In this document: piece by piece, positions 1 to 14,420 of the stretch | Layout: every line of letters begins with the position of its first letter | Position numbering within the stretch: the first letter of the stretch is position 1 | Assembly: GCF_006345805.1 (NCBI RefSeq) | Contig: NW_021833006.1 | Coordinates: 1 to 57,485, forward strand | DNA length: 57,485 nucleotides | Reading direction: 5' to 3' | DNA from: Octopus sinensis | Taxonomy: Eukaryota | Notes under the pieces: generated by a model | Database searches by the model: none | What the model was told of the DNA's origin: nothing | What the model saw: only the letters and a program-made list of their open reading frames with translations | Position numbers and translations under genes: made by a program

Positions 1-363
1 GTAGAAGAAGGTTTATGTTCCTATAACTGTGTTAATTCTGTAACCCTTTAAAATGGAAGATAAGAAAGTTCATTTCGGCACTTGATGCTTTGAGAACCAG
101 TGCAAAAATTGCTGCAGCTAGGCTGGGATGTGGTATCCCACCCTTCATATTCACCAGATATTGCTCCTTCGGATTTCCACTTATTCAGGTCTCTGCAGAA
201 TAGTCTTAATTGTAAAAATTTCAATTCCTTGGATGACGTAAAAAGATACTTTGATGAATTCTTTGCTATGAAACCTCCTCAATTCTGTGAAGAGGGTATT
301 TTCAAGTTAAAGGAAAGATGGAGACGCATTGTGCAACAAAATGGTTCATATTTGGTTGATTAA
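1..363 (+). mobile_element. Internally deleted mariner (Tc1/mariner DD34D) transposase relic
   Basis: ATG at 53 reads MEDKKVH(F)RHLML with a 1-nt deletion (mellifera-type N-terminus). It is fused near 87-92 to the C-terminal LRT-QKLLQLGWDVVSHPSYSPDIAPSDFHLFRSLQNSL...KLKERWRRIVQQNGSYLVD*, which contains the mariner YSPDLAPSD motif. Confidence 0.93.
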
Positions 364-386
364 AAATGTAATGGCATGTTGAGTAC

Positions 387-428
387 CAGATTATCTTCGC
401 AATTTCGCGAAATTTCGAAGATAATCTG
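387..428. repeat. 42-bp near-perfect palindrome
   Basis: CAGATTATCTTCGCAATTTCG|CGAAATTTCGAAGATAATCTG; 21-bp arms with one mismatch and no loop. Confidence 0.9.
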
Positions 429-891
429 CTCTTCGACCGAGGAAAGAAAACTTCGAATGACCCGTCCTTATTTTCTTTGTATCGTCTATTTGGATGTTTT
501 GTTGTCCTATTTTTGTATCACCTAACTATCCGGCTGTTTTGCGTTCTTGTCCTATTTTGTATTTAATAGAAATACCTGAAACGTTGTTCTCAAATCGGTC
601 GGTATTTCTTTTACTGTTTCAGTGTTAGGTTGTATAATAAACGCGACTGGCGTTTACAATTGTCATGTGTGCCGAGTAAATCTTATTAGCCAATTAATAA
701 ATGAATTAATTTAATTTAATTTAATTTATGAACGTAGTTACGGCTAAAATCTTCGGATATAACTGAGTAAGACAGTAAAATTTAAAATGAAAGAGAATCC
801 CACAGACACAAACACACACACACACACACAGACACGCGCACATACATACACACAGACATATGTATAAATCTATGTGATGATGATGATGATG

Positions 892-924
<33 letters not shown>

Positions 925-1029
925 TGCATGTATCTGTTGAGACAGACGGACCAACAGGCAAGCAGGCAGACCTGCAGATAGATAAGCAGACAGATAGACA
1001 GACGGACAGACTGACAGACGGGCGGACGA

Positions 1030-1720
1030 CTAGATAAAGATATACAGGTAAAGAGAGATTATAATAGAAAGGGAAGAATGGAGGAGAATTGGAGATAAAG
1101 AAACAGAACGAAAGAGTATGGGAAAGAGAGAAGATGAGAGAGAGAGAGAGAGAAAGAGTGAGAGAGAGAGAAAGAGTGAGAGAGAGAGAAAGAGTGAGAG
1201 AGAGAGAAAGAGTGAGAGAGAGAGAGAGAGAGAGAGAAAGAGTGAGAGAGAGAGAAAGAGTGACAGAGAGAGAAAGAGTGAGAGAGAGAGAAAGAGTGAG
1301 AGAGAGACAAACAAATAATGAGAATGAGAGAGAGGTAGATAAAAATATAGAGCGGGGGAGGGGGAAACAGATACGGTGAAAATAGGAAGAAAAAGGAAAG
1401 AGGAAAGAAGAGGTGATGTTAAATGAGGAGACAAAGAAAAACAGAGAAAGGGGGAGTAATAAAGCAAGATGAAGAAGAAGAAGAGATAGAGAGGAGGAAG
1501 AGAGCAGTAAAGAGAGATATAGAGAGAGAGAGAGAGTAGGCGAAAGAAAGACAGGAGTACAAAGAGAGAGACAGAAGAAGATTGGAGAGAAAGAAAGAAG
1601 AGACAGGAGAGGGGAGGGTAAAGAGAGAAGGAAAGAAACGAAGGGCAGATATAAAGGGAGATAAAAAAGGTGAGATGTGTGGAAACTGCGGCAGAAGTGA
1701 GAGGCAGAGTGTCATGAGGA
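1030..1720. repeat. Polypurine GA-rich tract including an ~18-bp GAGAGAGAGAGAAAGAGT minisatellite (1130-1310)
   Basis: Direct reading; almost purely A/G on the + strand. Confidence 0.9.
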
Positions 1721-2089
1721 GAGGTTAGAGGTGCGCTCCAAAGAAGAGAATAGTAATGAATTTAGAAAGGAAAAACTAATCGATAATGAAATCGGAAAAT
1801 CAAATCAACTAGTATCGACTTGCATCGCTTTTTTAATTTGACAGTTTCATACAAATTGGTTTCTGTTTCTGGCATATGTAGGCCATGTATACCATGAGTG
1901 TGTCTATGTATCTATCTATCTTTCTATTTATCTATCTATGTGTATGTATGCATTATGTATGATGTATGTATACCACTGTATAACATGTGGTGCTTGCTAT
2001 ATGTGTCAGTGTATGTGTGTGAAGGTATGCATTTGTTTGTGTGTGCATATATATATATATTAATTATATATATATATAATATGCACAGA

Positions 2090-2470
<381 letters not shown>

Positions 2471-2619
2471 GATATGAACAAGAGAAATAGAGATGCAGTC
2501 AGGTAGGCCGGTAAAAAGATAGGTAGACTGAAGTGTAAAATAGGTTGCAGACGTAGACAAAATTGTATATGGAAGAAAAAAAGAAAAAGAAAATACCTGA
2601 TAGAGAGATAGAAAAATTA

Positions 2620-2702
2620 CCATATATGAGCATGTATGTGTAAGTATGTATGTATGTATGTATCACATATATATAGTTTTATACATATATATACTTATAT
2701 GC

Positions 2703-2736
<34 letters not shown>

Positions 2737-3170
2737 ATACGTATATGTATATACATATGTATATATGTATATACATATATATATACATATATGTATATAC
2801 ATATGAAAAGTATTCATACATACATATACATGTTTATATATACATGTATGCATGTATGCATATATATACATGTATGCATATATATATGTATATTTATGTG
2901 CATACATATATGTATATGCATATACATATATAAATGTATATGCATATATATATACACCTGTATATATACATATATATGTACATATATATATACATATATA
3001 TATGTATATGCATATACATATATATACATACATATAGATACATATATATATATACATATATATACATATATTTATACATATACATATATATATACATACA
3101 TATATATACATATACATACATATATATATATATATATACATGTATATATACATACATATGTGTGTGTGTA

Positions 3171-3237
<67 letters not shown>

Positions 3238-3604
3238 GTATAGACAGATACTTAGAGAAGAGGAGAGAATGGCGAATGACTCACAGAGAAGCACCATTAC
3301 CATTTCTACTCTTCAGAACTGGTGCCTTCGCTAAAATCGAATCTTTCAACTAAGCAAAAATACGATTTCCGCTCTAAATAGCAAGTTCACAGCGTGGAAA
3401 CTAGAAAGAAGAAGATTAAAAGAATGCCAAATATACATATTCACTACAAATTCCAACGGTGATCTCTCTCTCCCTCTCTCTCGCTCTGTCTCTCTCTTTC
3501 TTTTTTCTCTCCGTCTCTCTCTCTCTCTTTCTTAACACTATCTCTTTCTTTCGTTCGAACTGTATTTCTCTCGCTTCTCTTTCTGTATCGTTGTTTGATA
3601 GCAT

Positions 3605-3635
<31 letters not shown>

Positions 3636-3867
3636 TGTATGTATGTACATATACGTAATATATGTATGCTCATATACAAATATATAAATATACTTAATTA
3701 TGTATATTACATATACATTCGTATATATATATATGTGCATATACATATGCATATATATGCATATATAAATGTGCATATATGAATGTGCACACACATATAT
3801 ATATACAGACACATACATATTTAAATATGTATAAATAGATACATATATAAATACATAAATGTGTATG

Positions 3868-3898
<31 letters not shown>

Positions 3899-4200
3899 AT
3901 ATATACACATAAATATATATAAATTTATATATATTTATGTGTATATATATATATATTATATAATATATATATTATATATTTATATATATTTATATATATA
4001 TATACATTTTATATATACATACATTTACATATATGAATACGCATTAATATATATGCATCACTGTATGCATATATCGAGAGACGCATACATGAATAAATAC
4101 ATACGTGTGTGTGTGTACGTGTATATATGTGTGTATGTATGTGTGTATGTACAAGTGTTAGGACGTAGTGTGTATCGGAAGAGCATTTTCATGTGCATAT
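2620..4200. repeat. TA/CA/GT low-complexity microsatellite field with a short unique interruption (~3240-3460)
   Basis: Direct reading, e.g. (GT)n at ~3170-3235 and (CA)n at ~3605-3630. Confidence 0.9.
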
Positions 4201-4805
4201 AAGCCGAAGCATGCGCACAAGCTCATCTTAATGCATATAAACGAAATCCTTGCACGTATATATGTGTATAGTACATATGTGTATGTGTGTGGGGGGGGGG
4301 AGCGTGCAAGCCGAGGAAGGCAAGCATATAATTAATATACTAATGTAAGTAACATCCGTCATAGAAGCATATCGCGTTTGGTTTATTTGATATTCTGGTT
4401 AAAAGTACAGGCAAGAAAAAGCACCGACTGCAAAAGCGACAACAGCGACACCAACCGGAACAATAGTAACTAAGATAGATAAACACAACAACAACAACAA
4501 CAACAACGACGACGACAATAAAAAAAATATCATCAGAAGCAAAACAACCGACGAGAAGAAAAGAAAATAACGACTGTTCCAAGAAAGAAGCTTCCGTGTG
4601 GTCTCTCGCTTTGCTAGAAATAGAATTCAAATCCTCTTTAATCGTTAATAATACGGAACAGACTGAAGGTGTATTCTAAAAAAAACTGATATGTGTGAGT
4701 GTGTGTATAGTGTGTGTTTGTATGTGTGCATGTATTTGTATATATATATACACACACAAAACACACACACCACACACACACACCACACATATATACATAT
4801 ATATA

Positions 4806-4855
<50 letters not shown>

Positions 4856-4859
<4 letters not shown>

Positions 4860-4992
4860 ATCGTTACTGAGCCGGTTGAAATGCTTAGCGGTATTTCGTC
4901 CGCGTTTTTGTTCTGAGTTCAAATTCCGCCGGGGTCGACTTCGCCTTTCATCTTCAGAACACGGGTCAATGTAATCGATTTATCTCTTCCCC
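4856..4992 (+). mobile_element. SINE-A, truncated and internally deleted copy
   Basis: GAAATGCTTAGCGGTATTTCGTCC...GAGTTCAAATTCCGCCGGGGTCGAC; B-box present. Confidence 0.85.
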
Positions 4993-5004
4993 AGACAGAC
5001 AGAA

Positions 5005-5065
<61 letters not shown>

Positions 5066-5426
5066 AACAGACAGCTATGCATGTAGATTTGCATGCAGGT
5101 ACGTATCGATGTATCTATGTATTACAGTATCGATACGTATGCGTTTCATGTGTCTGCTAATATAATTTATTTTCGGTGAAACAAGTGACTTAAAGATTCT
5201 CTTTCTTGTTTTGCAACCAATTAGAAGTGTTACATAAATATATTATACAGCTACATACATAATTACTGTACACTGAGTTAGTTTTAGTTTTCTCAAATGT
5301 GTTTGCTTTTAACAGTTTTTCAAAACACCTGCCCAACTATCATTAATATGTAAATTAACTTAGGCACATGTAAGTTAATTACAATACCTTATTTTGATGT
5401 AAGTAATGATGTAGTGATAGAGTTGA

Positions 5427-5830
5427 GGGATCTTTTCGGTTTGAACGGCAGATTTTAACATAATTTCTAGGTAACTAAAAAATTTCAAATATCGTATACT
5501 GGTAGAATGTGTTTATAAAACATCTTTTTCTCTTGGCTTTATTGAGAAAATTCTATAGTTTATAAGATGTTTGTTGCTATTTTTCTTCAATTTCTGCAAT
5601 TTCAACCAATCACTGACGTGTATTGAGGTGGAAAGCATTCTGTGCCGTATAAATATCTCCCTCGTTTAAGAAACAGATTGGGTTTATTTACATTTCTGAA
5701 GAAAAAAAGATACCCTTTCCTCCACCCCTAACCCTAAAACAGATTGAAATGCAATAGATCGATACTAGGGTCATAATTATGGGTGACAATTTCATATGAC
5801 ACCGCTAGAAAAAACTGTCGTTCAAACCGA
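5427..5830. mobile_element. ~400-bp MITE (GGGATCTTYTCGGTTTGAACGGCAG terminal inverted repeats), copy 1, one end truncated
   Basis: TIR at 5427 and partial inverted TIR (CTGTCGTTCAAACCGA) at ~5815-5830. The whole element is the reverse complement of 19456-19882. Confidence 0.88.
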
Positions 5831-7424
5831 GTTGTGAGATTAAGCTTGACGTGATGACGGCTATAGACATAGAAACCGGACCCTCAGATCTACATTTATA
5901 TATATATTATATATATATATATTATATATATATATATATAGTCTGTCTGAACATATTTAAAAGAACAATTTATAAAAGAAACCGGTGTGTGCAACATAAT
6001 GTATCTACAAACGTAGAACAGTGTCAGTTGTAATATTTCGTCTAGAAGAAACTTCTTTAAAGAGGCTGTGCGTCTTACAAACACAGAGCTCTCTTAGACT
6101 GACGTCGGGAGAGTTTTAGACACCGGTGTTTTGACTTTATTTACCTACCTCAGTGACGAACATATTCTCGCATATTCTAAGTTCATTTGGAATCTTTATT
6201 CCACTACAGAAATCAGCAAACGAAATAGCCAAGCTACAATTAAAACAATATATGTTCATGCAACGCCATTAGATTTTTAAAAAACAGTGTAAATAACATA
6301 ATATATATACAACGGCTTATTACGGATTAAATAGGAACAACATGGAAACAGGTTCTTCTTGTACCACTAATATGTGGAAAAATTAGGGAGGAAGTTCCGT
6401 AGCGAGCCATTTCAAGGGTTGACCGTTCCTCAGATTTAGCTAGCACCCTTCCTCTTATAATCTGTCCGTGATAGGATAAGTATATACATTTAGCTATCCA
6501 TCAGGTTCGTATCCTACTTCACAACCGCTTTATAAATAGCCGATCTCTGTTGATGATTGAGTGAGGAAACCGGTTATATCAAACGGTCTGTCAGGAAACT
6601 CCCTACTTTTCTTTTTTTCTGCACATCAGTAATATATGCAAACAAAATAATAAGACATTACTAAAACTTGATCTTGTACATTCCCGACTGATGCTATGTA
6701 CACCAGCATATCGAAATCCAACATTATGTCCCGACTTAAGGTAATATATATATACATATTTCTCTCTTTAATATCTTCTGCATTTTTCTATTCTTTTCTG
6801 TCTCCTTCACATAGATATTGTTTTCAGAGAAATAATTAGTTTTGCTTTCTGTTTTCTAAATTTTTATTGATAACCTACCGTGAAAATAAAACTACGATGT
6901 TTTAAAATGATTTGAGAGGTATGCTGTCAAACACATATTTATCTGTTATACAACGTACATACAAATACAAATATGTGTGTGCGTGCGTTTGTGTGTGTAT
7001 TCATGTGTGTGTGTATGTTTGTGTATGGGCGTATACAGTTTCCAAGCAGTTAAATAAATCCGTAAGTTCACACAGTTTTTGTATACAATTTTTTTTCCTA
7101 TTTTCTATACCTTTCATGGTTTAAGTTTTAAAATAAATGAAAAGCAAAAGATAAATAAACCAAAGATAGAAAGACAGTTATACCATAGAGAGAAAGAGAG
7201 AGAAAAAAAACTGGAGACAGAAAGACAGAGACGTAATGAGATAGTGAGAAAGAGAGACAAAAAGAGAGACAGAGAGGCAGAACAGAAGACGAACAAATAT
7301 ATATAGAGACACACAGACAAAAAAAAAGATGTGAATCGCTAAACCTGTAGAGACTTGGATTTAAATATAAATAAAGTGAGGTGAAAAAGCTGGCAATATG
7401 GCGGAACTAATGCGTCGTTATTGT

Positions 7425-7427
7425 TCT

Positions 7428-7461
<34 letters not shown>

Positions 7462-7480
7462 GCTGTTGTTGTTGTTGTTG

Positions 7481-7528
<48 letters not shown>

Positions 7529-7540
7529 TTGTTGTTGAAG
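7425..7540. repeat. (GTT)n/(GCT)n trinucleotide repeat
   Basis: Direct reading. Confidence 0.95.
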
Positions 7541-7629
7541 CTTGTAAAGACACTTTTAAAAAATGGTCGGTGGTATGATATGCAATTAAATATACATGAA
7601 TAATAGTTATCTCGCTCTTTCTTCTCTTA

Positions 7630-8213
7630 CATTTATATATACATATATATATATATACACACATATATATATACATATATATATATATACACACATATAT
7701 ATATACATATATATATGCATATATCTATTTATATACATATATATATACACACATATATATACATATATATGTGTGTGTATAGAGATATATTTATACACAT
7801 GTGTATGTATACACATGATTACACAGATATGTGAGTATATATGTATATATATGTGTGTATTATATACGTGTGTATATTATATATATATGTATGTATTATA
7901 TATATTATATATATATGTGTATATATATATATACTTATAGAAATATATATGTTTATAGACATATATATGCTTATATAGACATATATATACTTATAGACAT
8001 ATATATGGTTATATAGACATGAGTATTTATACGTATGTGTGTATGTAGTCACGTGTTTGTGTCGAAATGTTTTACACACGTATCTTACATACAAATGTAA
8101 AATGTATGTGCGTATGTATCCTTATCTAATAAATATCTATGTGTGTTCCTATACGTTTAAGTGTTACCATGTTTATCTTTACACATGTTCATATGATATA
8201 TATATATATATAT

Positions 8214-8262
<49 letters not shown>

Positions 8263-8407
8263 AAACTGCGTCTGCATATGTGCATGCATACATATAAACG
8301 TACGCACTCTCATATATATATATATATGTATTTATATATATATATATATCTATATATATATACATACATACATACATATATATATATACATACATACATA
8401 TATATAC

Positions 8408-8440
<33 letters not shown>

Positions 8441-8618
8441 CATACATATATATATTAATATATATATATATATATATATATTATACATATATATATATAT
8501 ATTACATATATATATCTATACATACATATATATATATATATGTATATATAACATATATATATAGATATATATATGTATATATACATATATATATGTATAT
8601 ATATATATATATATGTGT

Positions 8619-8649
<31 letters not shown>

Positions 8650-8688
8650 CTATATATATATACATATAAACATAGCATATATACGTCC

Positions 8689-8723
<35 letters not shown>

Positions 8724-8853
8724 ACATATATATATATATACATACATACATATATATATATACATGTATATATACATATATATATATAATATATATATAT
8801 ACATGTATATATACATATATATATATGTATATGTACATATATATATGTGTGTT

Positions 8854-8889
<36 letters not shown>

Positions 8890-9285
8890 TATATATATAT
8901 ATATGTGTCTCTGTGTTTGATCGTTTGATTGAGTATGTATGAAGTATGCATTGTATGGATGTAGGTGTGTTTAAGATATTGTTTGGGAAACAACATCATT
9001 AGATTGATAGATTTGTCAATGAAGGGCATTAGCGTTCCATTATGTTCGAACATATGTCAGTAGTTGTTGATACGTTGTGACCGCCATCCATCTCCACCTG
9101 AATCCTGAATACACGACTCAAGAGCTACAAATTGGGTGAACTAGATCTTTTTTTTAATTTTAAGTAGCTGTCACTAACATTGCGTAAGACCACATGGGGA
9201 TGTAGGTGTGTGTGTGTGTGTGTGTGCCGGTGTGCTTGTGTTGTGTGCACGTATCTATGTATATGCCTATGTTGTATAATATACC

Positions 9286-9326
<41 letters not shown>

Positions 9327-9560
9327 ATATACGTATATATATATAGATAGATAGATAGATAGACATTTATATGTATGTGTGTCTATATATATATATATAA
9401 ACATATATGTGTATGTATATATATATATATACATATATGTTTATATATATATATATATATAACATATATATATATATACATATATGTTTATATATATATA
9501 TATATATGTGTGTGTGTATATATATATATATATACATATAAACATAGCATATATACGTCC

Positions 9561-9618
<58 letters not shown>

Positions 9619-9680
9619 TATAATATATATATATATGTATATATATATATATTATATATATATATTTATATTTATGTATA
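7630..9680. repeat. TA-rich low-complexity field interrupted by unique sequence at ~8920-9200
   Basis: Direct reading. Confidence 0.88.
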
Positions 9681-9719
9681 TAGGCAAATATACATATGCA
9701 TAATACAGGGTTACAGATC

Positions 9720-9910
9720 ACCGTTTGACAACTGATGCCGGTGTGTTTACCTCTCAGTAACCTAGCGGTTCGGCAAATGAGACAGATAGATAAAGTACCA
9801 GGCTAAAAAATGAATAAGTACTCGAGTCGATTCATTCGAGTAGAAATTGTTTAAGGTGCTTCCCCAGCATGGCCACAGTCTTAAGAGTGAAACAAATAAA
9901 AGATAAAAGA
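9720..9910 (+). mobile_element. SINE-B 3' half
   Basis: TTGACAACTGATGCCGGTGTGTTTAC...CCAGCATGGCCACAGTC...TAAAAGA; matches the 3' halves at 25050-25235 and 54180-54375. Confidence 0.8.
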
Positions 9911-9926
9911 TTTATATGTCTTGCTT

Positions 9927-10090
9927 CATGGGAGGGTAATTACGCCAATGATAGTAACACATGCGCTCGTTCAATATCACTTGTCTATTGACGATCAATT
10001 TGTTAAATATTTAAGCAGTTGACAAACAATAAAGAAGTGATACTGAACCAGCATCTGTGTTAGTATTGTTGGCGTAATTCCCCACCCACG
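9927..10090. mobile_element. Candidate 164-bp MITE or foldback element
   Basis: Imperfect ~35-bp terminal inverted repeats: CATGGGAGGGTAATTACGCCAA... and ...TTGGCGTAATTCCCCACCCACG. No TSD seen. Confidence 0.5.
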
Positions 10091-10394
10091 ATACTACAAA
10101 TTTTTTTTCAAGACACGTTTTCAAGACACATTAATTTTTGTCTGTTTCTTAAATAATGATTTAACAGAACTCCGATTTTCAAAATCAGTTTCCCATCCCT
10201 CAAAATATTTGATAGGCTTACCAACATTTTCGGGATGTTTTTTTTAAATTTTATTTTCTCATGTGCTCGGAGTCGAGGGGATTTCATTGCCTCACTTGAA
10301 AAAGATTGATGGCACATGAGACGAAAAGGCTGCTTTGGGTCAGTAGGTTCTTGATAAAACCATATTGCAAGTACTCATCGATAAACTGTCGACA

Positions 10395-10470
10395 CTTTGT
10401 TCGACTAAAGGCGGTGCTCCAGCATGGCCACAGTATGACTGAAACAAGTAAAAGAGAAAGAGAAAGAGAA
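10395..10470 (+). mobile_element. SINE-B 3'-terminal fragment
   Basis: TTCGACTAAAGGCGGTGCTCCAGCATGGCCACAG...GAAACAAGTAAAAGAG. Confidence 0.85.
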
Positions 10471-10529
10471 AAAAGAGAGAATACGAAAAGTTTTGAGCCT
10501 TCAAGGCCTTTGAGACTTGAAGTCTAGTA

Positions 10530-10992
10530 CCTATGTCTTTATTGCCCACAAGGGGCTAAATATAGAGGGTACAAACAAGTACAGACAAGCGGATTAAGTC
10601 GATTGCATCGACCACAGTGCGTCACTGGTATTTAATTTATCGACCCCGAAAGGATGAAAGGCAAAGTCAACCTTGGCGGAATTTGAACTCAGAACGCAGC
10701 GGCGGACGAAATACCTATTTCTTTACTACCCACTCAGAACGTAATGCCAGACGAAATGCCTATTTCTTTATTACCCACAAAGGGCTAAACATAGAGGGGA
10801 CAAACAAGGACAGACATTGGTAATAAGTCGATTAAATCGACCCCAGTGCGTCACTGGTACTTAATTTATCGACCCCGAAAGGATGAAAGGCAAAGTCGAC
10901 CTCGGCGGAATTTGAATTCGCAACCTACCGGCAGACGAAATATGGCTACGCATTTCGCCCGGCGTGCTAACGTTTTTGCCAGCTCGCCGCCT
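10530..10992 (-). mobile_element. SINE-A multimer: head, two full units and one internally deleted unit
   Basis: Head at ~10990; GAAAT(A/G)CCTATTTC junctions at ~10713 and ~10758. Confidence 0.92.
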
Positions 10993-11099
10993 ATGAGTCT
11001 TGAAATCTTGTACTTTCATCAGAAGTCTTGTACCACATTTTGTTTTTGTTTTTTTTTGTTTGTTTGTTTTTTAGCCTCAAGACTTTTCATACACCCCTC

Positions 11100-11132
<33 letters not shown>

Positions 11133-11714
11133 CACCATCCATTATTGGCACACGTTGTTGCCGAGGTACCGAATATGCAGACATGGTAAGCAACTTTTTT
11201 TTAAGATTCTGATATGAATTTGAACATTTAATGTTGTCGAGCTGATGTCTGACATTTCATTGGGTTACATTGATTCGTTATTTAAAATATCATTCTTTGA
11301 AAACATTAGTACACAGTTTCAAAAACTATAGAAGAAAGAATATATTTTATGCTTTCCTTTTATTCACGTTTAATTTCTTTTATTACTAAAATGTCTAAAT
11401 TATGCATACTGTAAATGGAATTATTAGTTTTATTATGTCTGGATATATTTTAATCTTAAAAGTAAATAGCCGTGCAATTATATTGAACGTAATTCTTTGA
11501 TATTTTAAAAGAATAAATATATTTTAAATGTGAAACAAACAAAAATTAAATTACTTTCTGTATAACATAGTATTTGAAACCGCGTACTGACTTTTCGAAG
11601 ATATGATTTTAAAAGTGGATTTTTATCGACAATATTCCTAGCAAACACACGTCTGTATGCACCTGTCTTCTCTCTCCCTCCCTATCTCTCTCTCTCTCAC
11701 ACACACACACACAT

Positions 11715-11938
11715 ATGAGCGAATTTTAGGTTAGCTAGAATGTTTTTTGTGACATATTTCAACTTCCAATGGCAAACTCACTGCATTTATCGTGGAGGAA
11801 AATATTCCCTCTTATGACAAAAAAGGTGTAAAAACACCATATCTGTCCGGTGCTGTTCCCTATCGGATGCAGCGTTGTCAATGAGAATTTGCCTTTAGAA
11901 GGTAAAATATGTCACAAACATTTTAAATTACCGCTCAT
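11715..11938. mobile_element. Candidate 224-bp MITE
   Basis: Terminal ATGAGCG/CGCTCAT, plus a perfect 14-bp subterminal inverted repeat TTTGTGACATATTT (11746) / AAATATGTCACAAA (11905). Confidence 0.55.
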
Positions 11939-12056
11939 GTCTAATCACTGCTCGGCGCTGAAATCCTAGTTATACATACAGTATATTACATAATTAATAT
12001 ATACACAAGCCACAATAAATTTTTGTCTGTATAGTGGTTAATATTTCAAGTGTTTA

Positions 12057-12517
12057 AGATGGCGAGCTGGCAGGACCGTTTGCACGTCGGGGAGAATCCT
12101 TGGCAGCATTTTGCCTGGCTTTACGTTATGAGTTCAGATTCCGCCGAGGTCGACAGTGTCTTTCATCCTTTCCAGGATCGATAAAATTAAGTACCAGTGA
12201 AACACAGTGGTCGATGTAATCTACTGGACCCCTCCCGCCAAATTTCAGGCCTTGTACTTTTAGAAAAAAAGGATTACCATTATTATTTGTAAAGCGGCAA
12301 TCTGGGAGAGCTGCTACTACGCAAGACAAAATGCTTAGCGGAATTTTGTTCGTCTTCACGTTCTAAGCTTAAAGACCGCCGTGATCGACTTTGCATTTCA
12401 TCCTTTTGGAGCCGATAAAATAAATACCATTTGAACTCTGGGGTTCGATGTAATCGATAGCCCCTCCTTGAAATTTCAACTTCTTGTGCCAAAATTACGG
12501 AGGATTATCATTCTTAT
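12057..12517 (+). mobile_element. Two diverged head-to-tail SINE-A monomers with ATT-type tails
   Basis: GGCGAGCTGGCAG head at ~12061, second head at ~12292; both have the TTTCATCCTTT core and a GGATTA(TT) tail. Confidence 0.85.
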
Positions 12518-12917
12518 TTGTTTTGCAAGAAGACTATATTCATCTGACGTGAGATTTTACATTGAAAATATTTTTTAAGGTAAGCCAAAGTTTATATTTA
12601 TATTTATTCTTCGCTTAATTGAGACTACATGTATAATGAAACTAATATTAAATTCAAAAACTTCATCGTACTTTGTGAATAATTAAACAGGAAATCATTG
12701 ATATTTTTATGATCGTCTGTATTATTTTTCGTCTTTTTTTTATTTTGTCGTAATGTGATTAATTATACTGCTAAAATTAATTATAATGACTGAAATATGA
12801 AATTCTTTATGGCTAATTATTGTTATTACCTTTTTGTTAAAAACGAGTAAAGAGAATTTTAAAGGGTATTACTGAAAAGAAAAAGGTTCAGTTTTTATAA
12901 ACAAATTTTCAGATTAT

Positions 12918-13290
12918 ATGCATGGTTGTGTGCTTAAAATGCTCGCTTTGTAACCCTGTGATTTCAGGTTCAATTTCACTGCACAGTACCTTGGGCAAGT
13001 GCCTTCTACTACCGCCCCAGAGTTGACCAAAGCCTTGTGAGTGAATGAATTTTGATGACGGAAATTGCATAGAAGCCCGTCTGCGTGTTTGTGGTTTCCT
13101 CCAGCACCGCTCGAAACCGGTGTTTGTTTGTTTCTGTCTGGTGACTTATCAGTTCAGTGGAAAACAAAAAAAAAAAGAACGATAAAAAAAAGTACGGGAC
13201 TTCAAAAATATCTACTGGGGTCGATTTCTCCTACATTGAGATACCTGGAACACATCAAGGCAGAGCTGCAGCATGCTGAACAATATTAGT
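12918..13290 (+). mobile_element. SINE-B, diverged full-length copy
   Basis: tRNA-like head (GGTTCAATTTC), CORE-like ACCTTGGGCAAGTG, and a CTGGGGTCGATT 3' module. Confidence 0.8.
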
Positions 13291-13598
13291 TTGCTAAATC
13301 GAGATTATTTAATAAAGTATAATGAATAACGACACAATAGGTAAACTGTTCTATGATTCTAAACCTGTTCGAATTAAATAAACAAAAAAAGCTGGGGATG
13401 AACAAACCTGAAAAAGGCCACAGAGGTAATCTATGGAATACTTATTACAAATTAACTTGCAGTACATTAAATTATTTCACCTGATTCTTCCTTCGACCGA
13501 TATTAATTTCCAGGGGTTCGAGAAGAACATTGGCATCGATCTTATCAATCTAAGAGGATCGGCGAAGGCCCATATACTTGTCATTTCTTAGCGAGTAA

Positions 13599-13639
<41 letters not shown>

Positions 13640-13645
13640 TATATA

Positions 13646-14016
13646 TTCTTGTTTCAATTAATTTCACTGCGGCCATGCTGGAGAACCAGCTTTAGTCGAA
13701 CAAATCAACCCCGGGGCTTATAAGCTTAGTACTTATTTTATCGAGCTCTTTCGCCGAACCGATGTTTTACGGGGATGCAAACACAGCAACATTGGTTGTC
13801 AAGCGATGGTGGGAAGACAAACACAGACACAAAAATCGATATGTGTGTGTGTGTGATGGGCTTCATTCAGTTTCCGTTTACTAAACCCACTCACAAGACT
13901 TTCATCGGCCCGAGGCTATAGTAGAAGGCACTTGCCCAAGGCTCCACACAATGGGACTGAACCCGGAACCATGTGGTTGAGAAGCAAACTTTTTACCACA
14001 GAGCCACTCTTGCGCC
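13646..14016 (-). mobile_element. SINE-B, full-length copy
   Basis: Reverse complement of the 53977-54375 type, with an internal (CA)n spacer. Confidence 0.9.
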
Positions 14017-14372
14017 TATATATATATATATGTGCGCGTGTGTGTGTGTGTGTGTGTGTATCGTGATAGAGTAATAATTATAATATAATAATAATATTTA
14101 TCCAACGTTATGTAGGCACAGCGCGGTACAATCCCATAAAATTTCTGTTGCAGGTTCGAATCAGTAGAAAGTAGCCAACATCATAAAATAGCTTTTATAT
14201 ACCTGTAAACGAACGTGAATATATATACATATATAAATTTCGATGGGTGAAGTAAATCGGTTGAACTCGAAGTAGAAAAGCTTTTAATTATAGAATTTTA
14301 TCTTTTGTCTATAATATCTACAACAGAAAACATGTCAAAGGCAGAAGGATGTCCATTCCTACGCGGATATAT

Positions 14373-14420
<48 letters not shown>

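Noticed and set aside
5845-6130. Several TGATGA / GAAACCGG motifs
   Set aside because: Core substitutions and unpaired stems; cannot be distinguished from chance.
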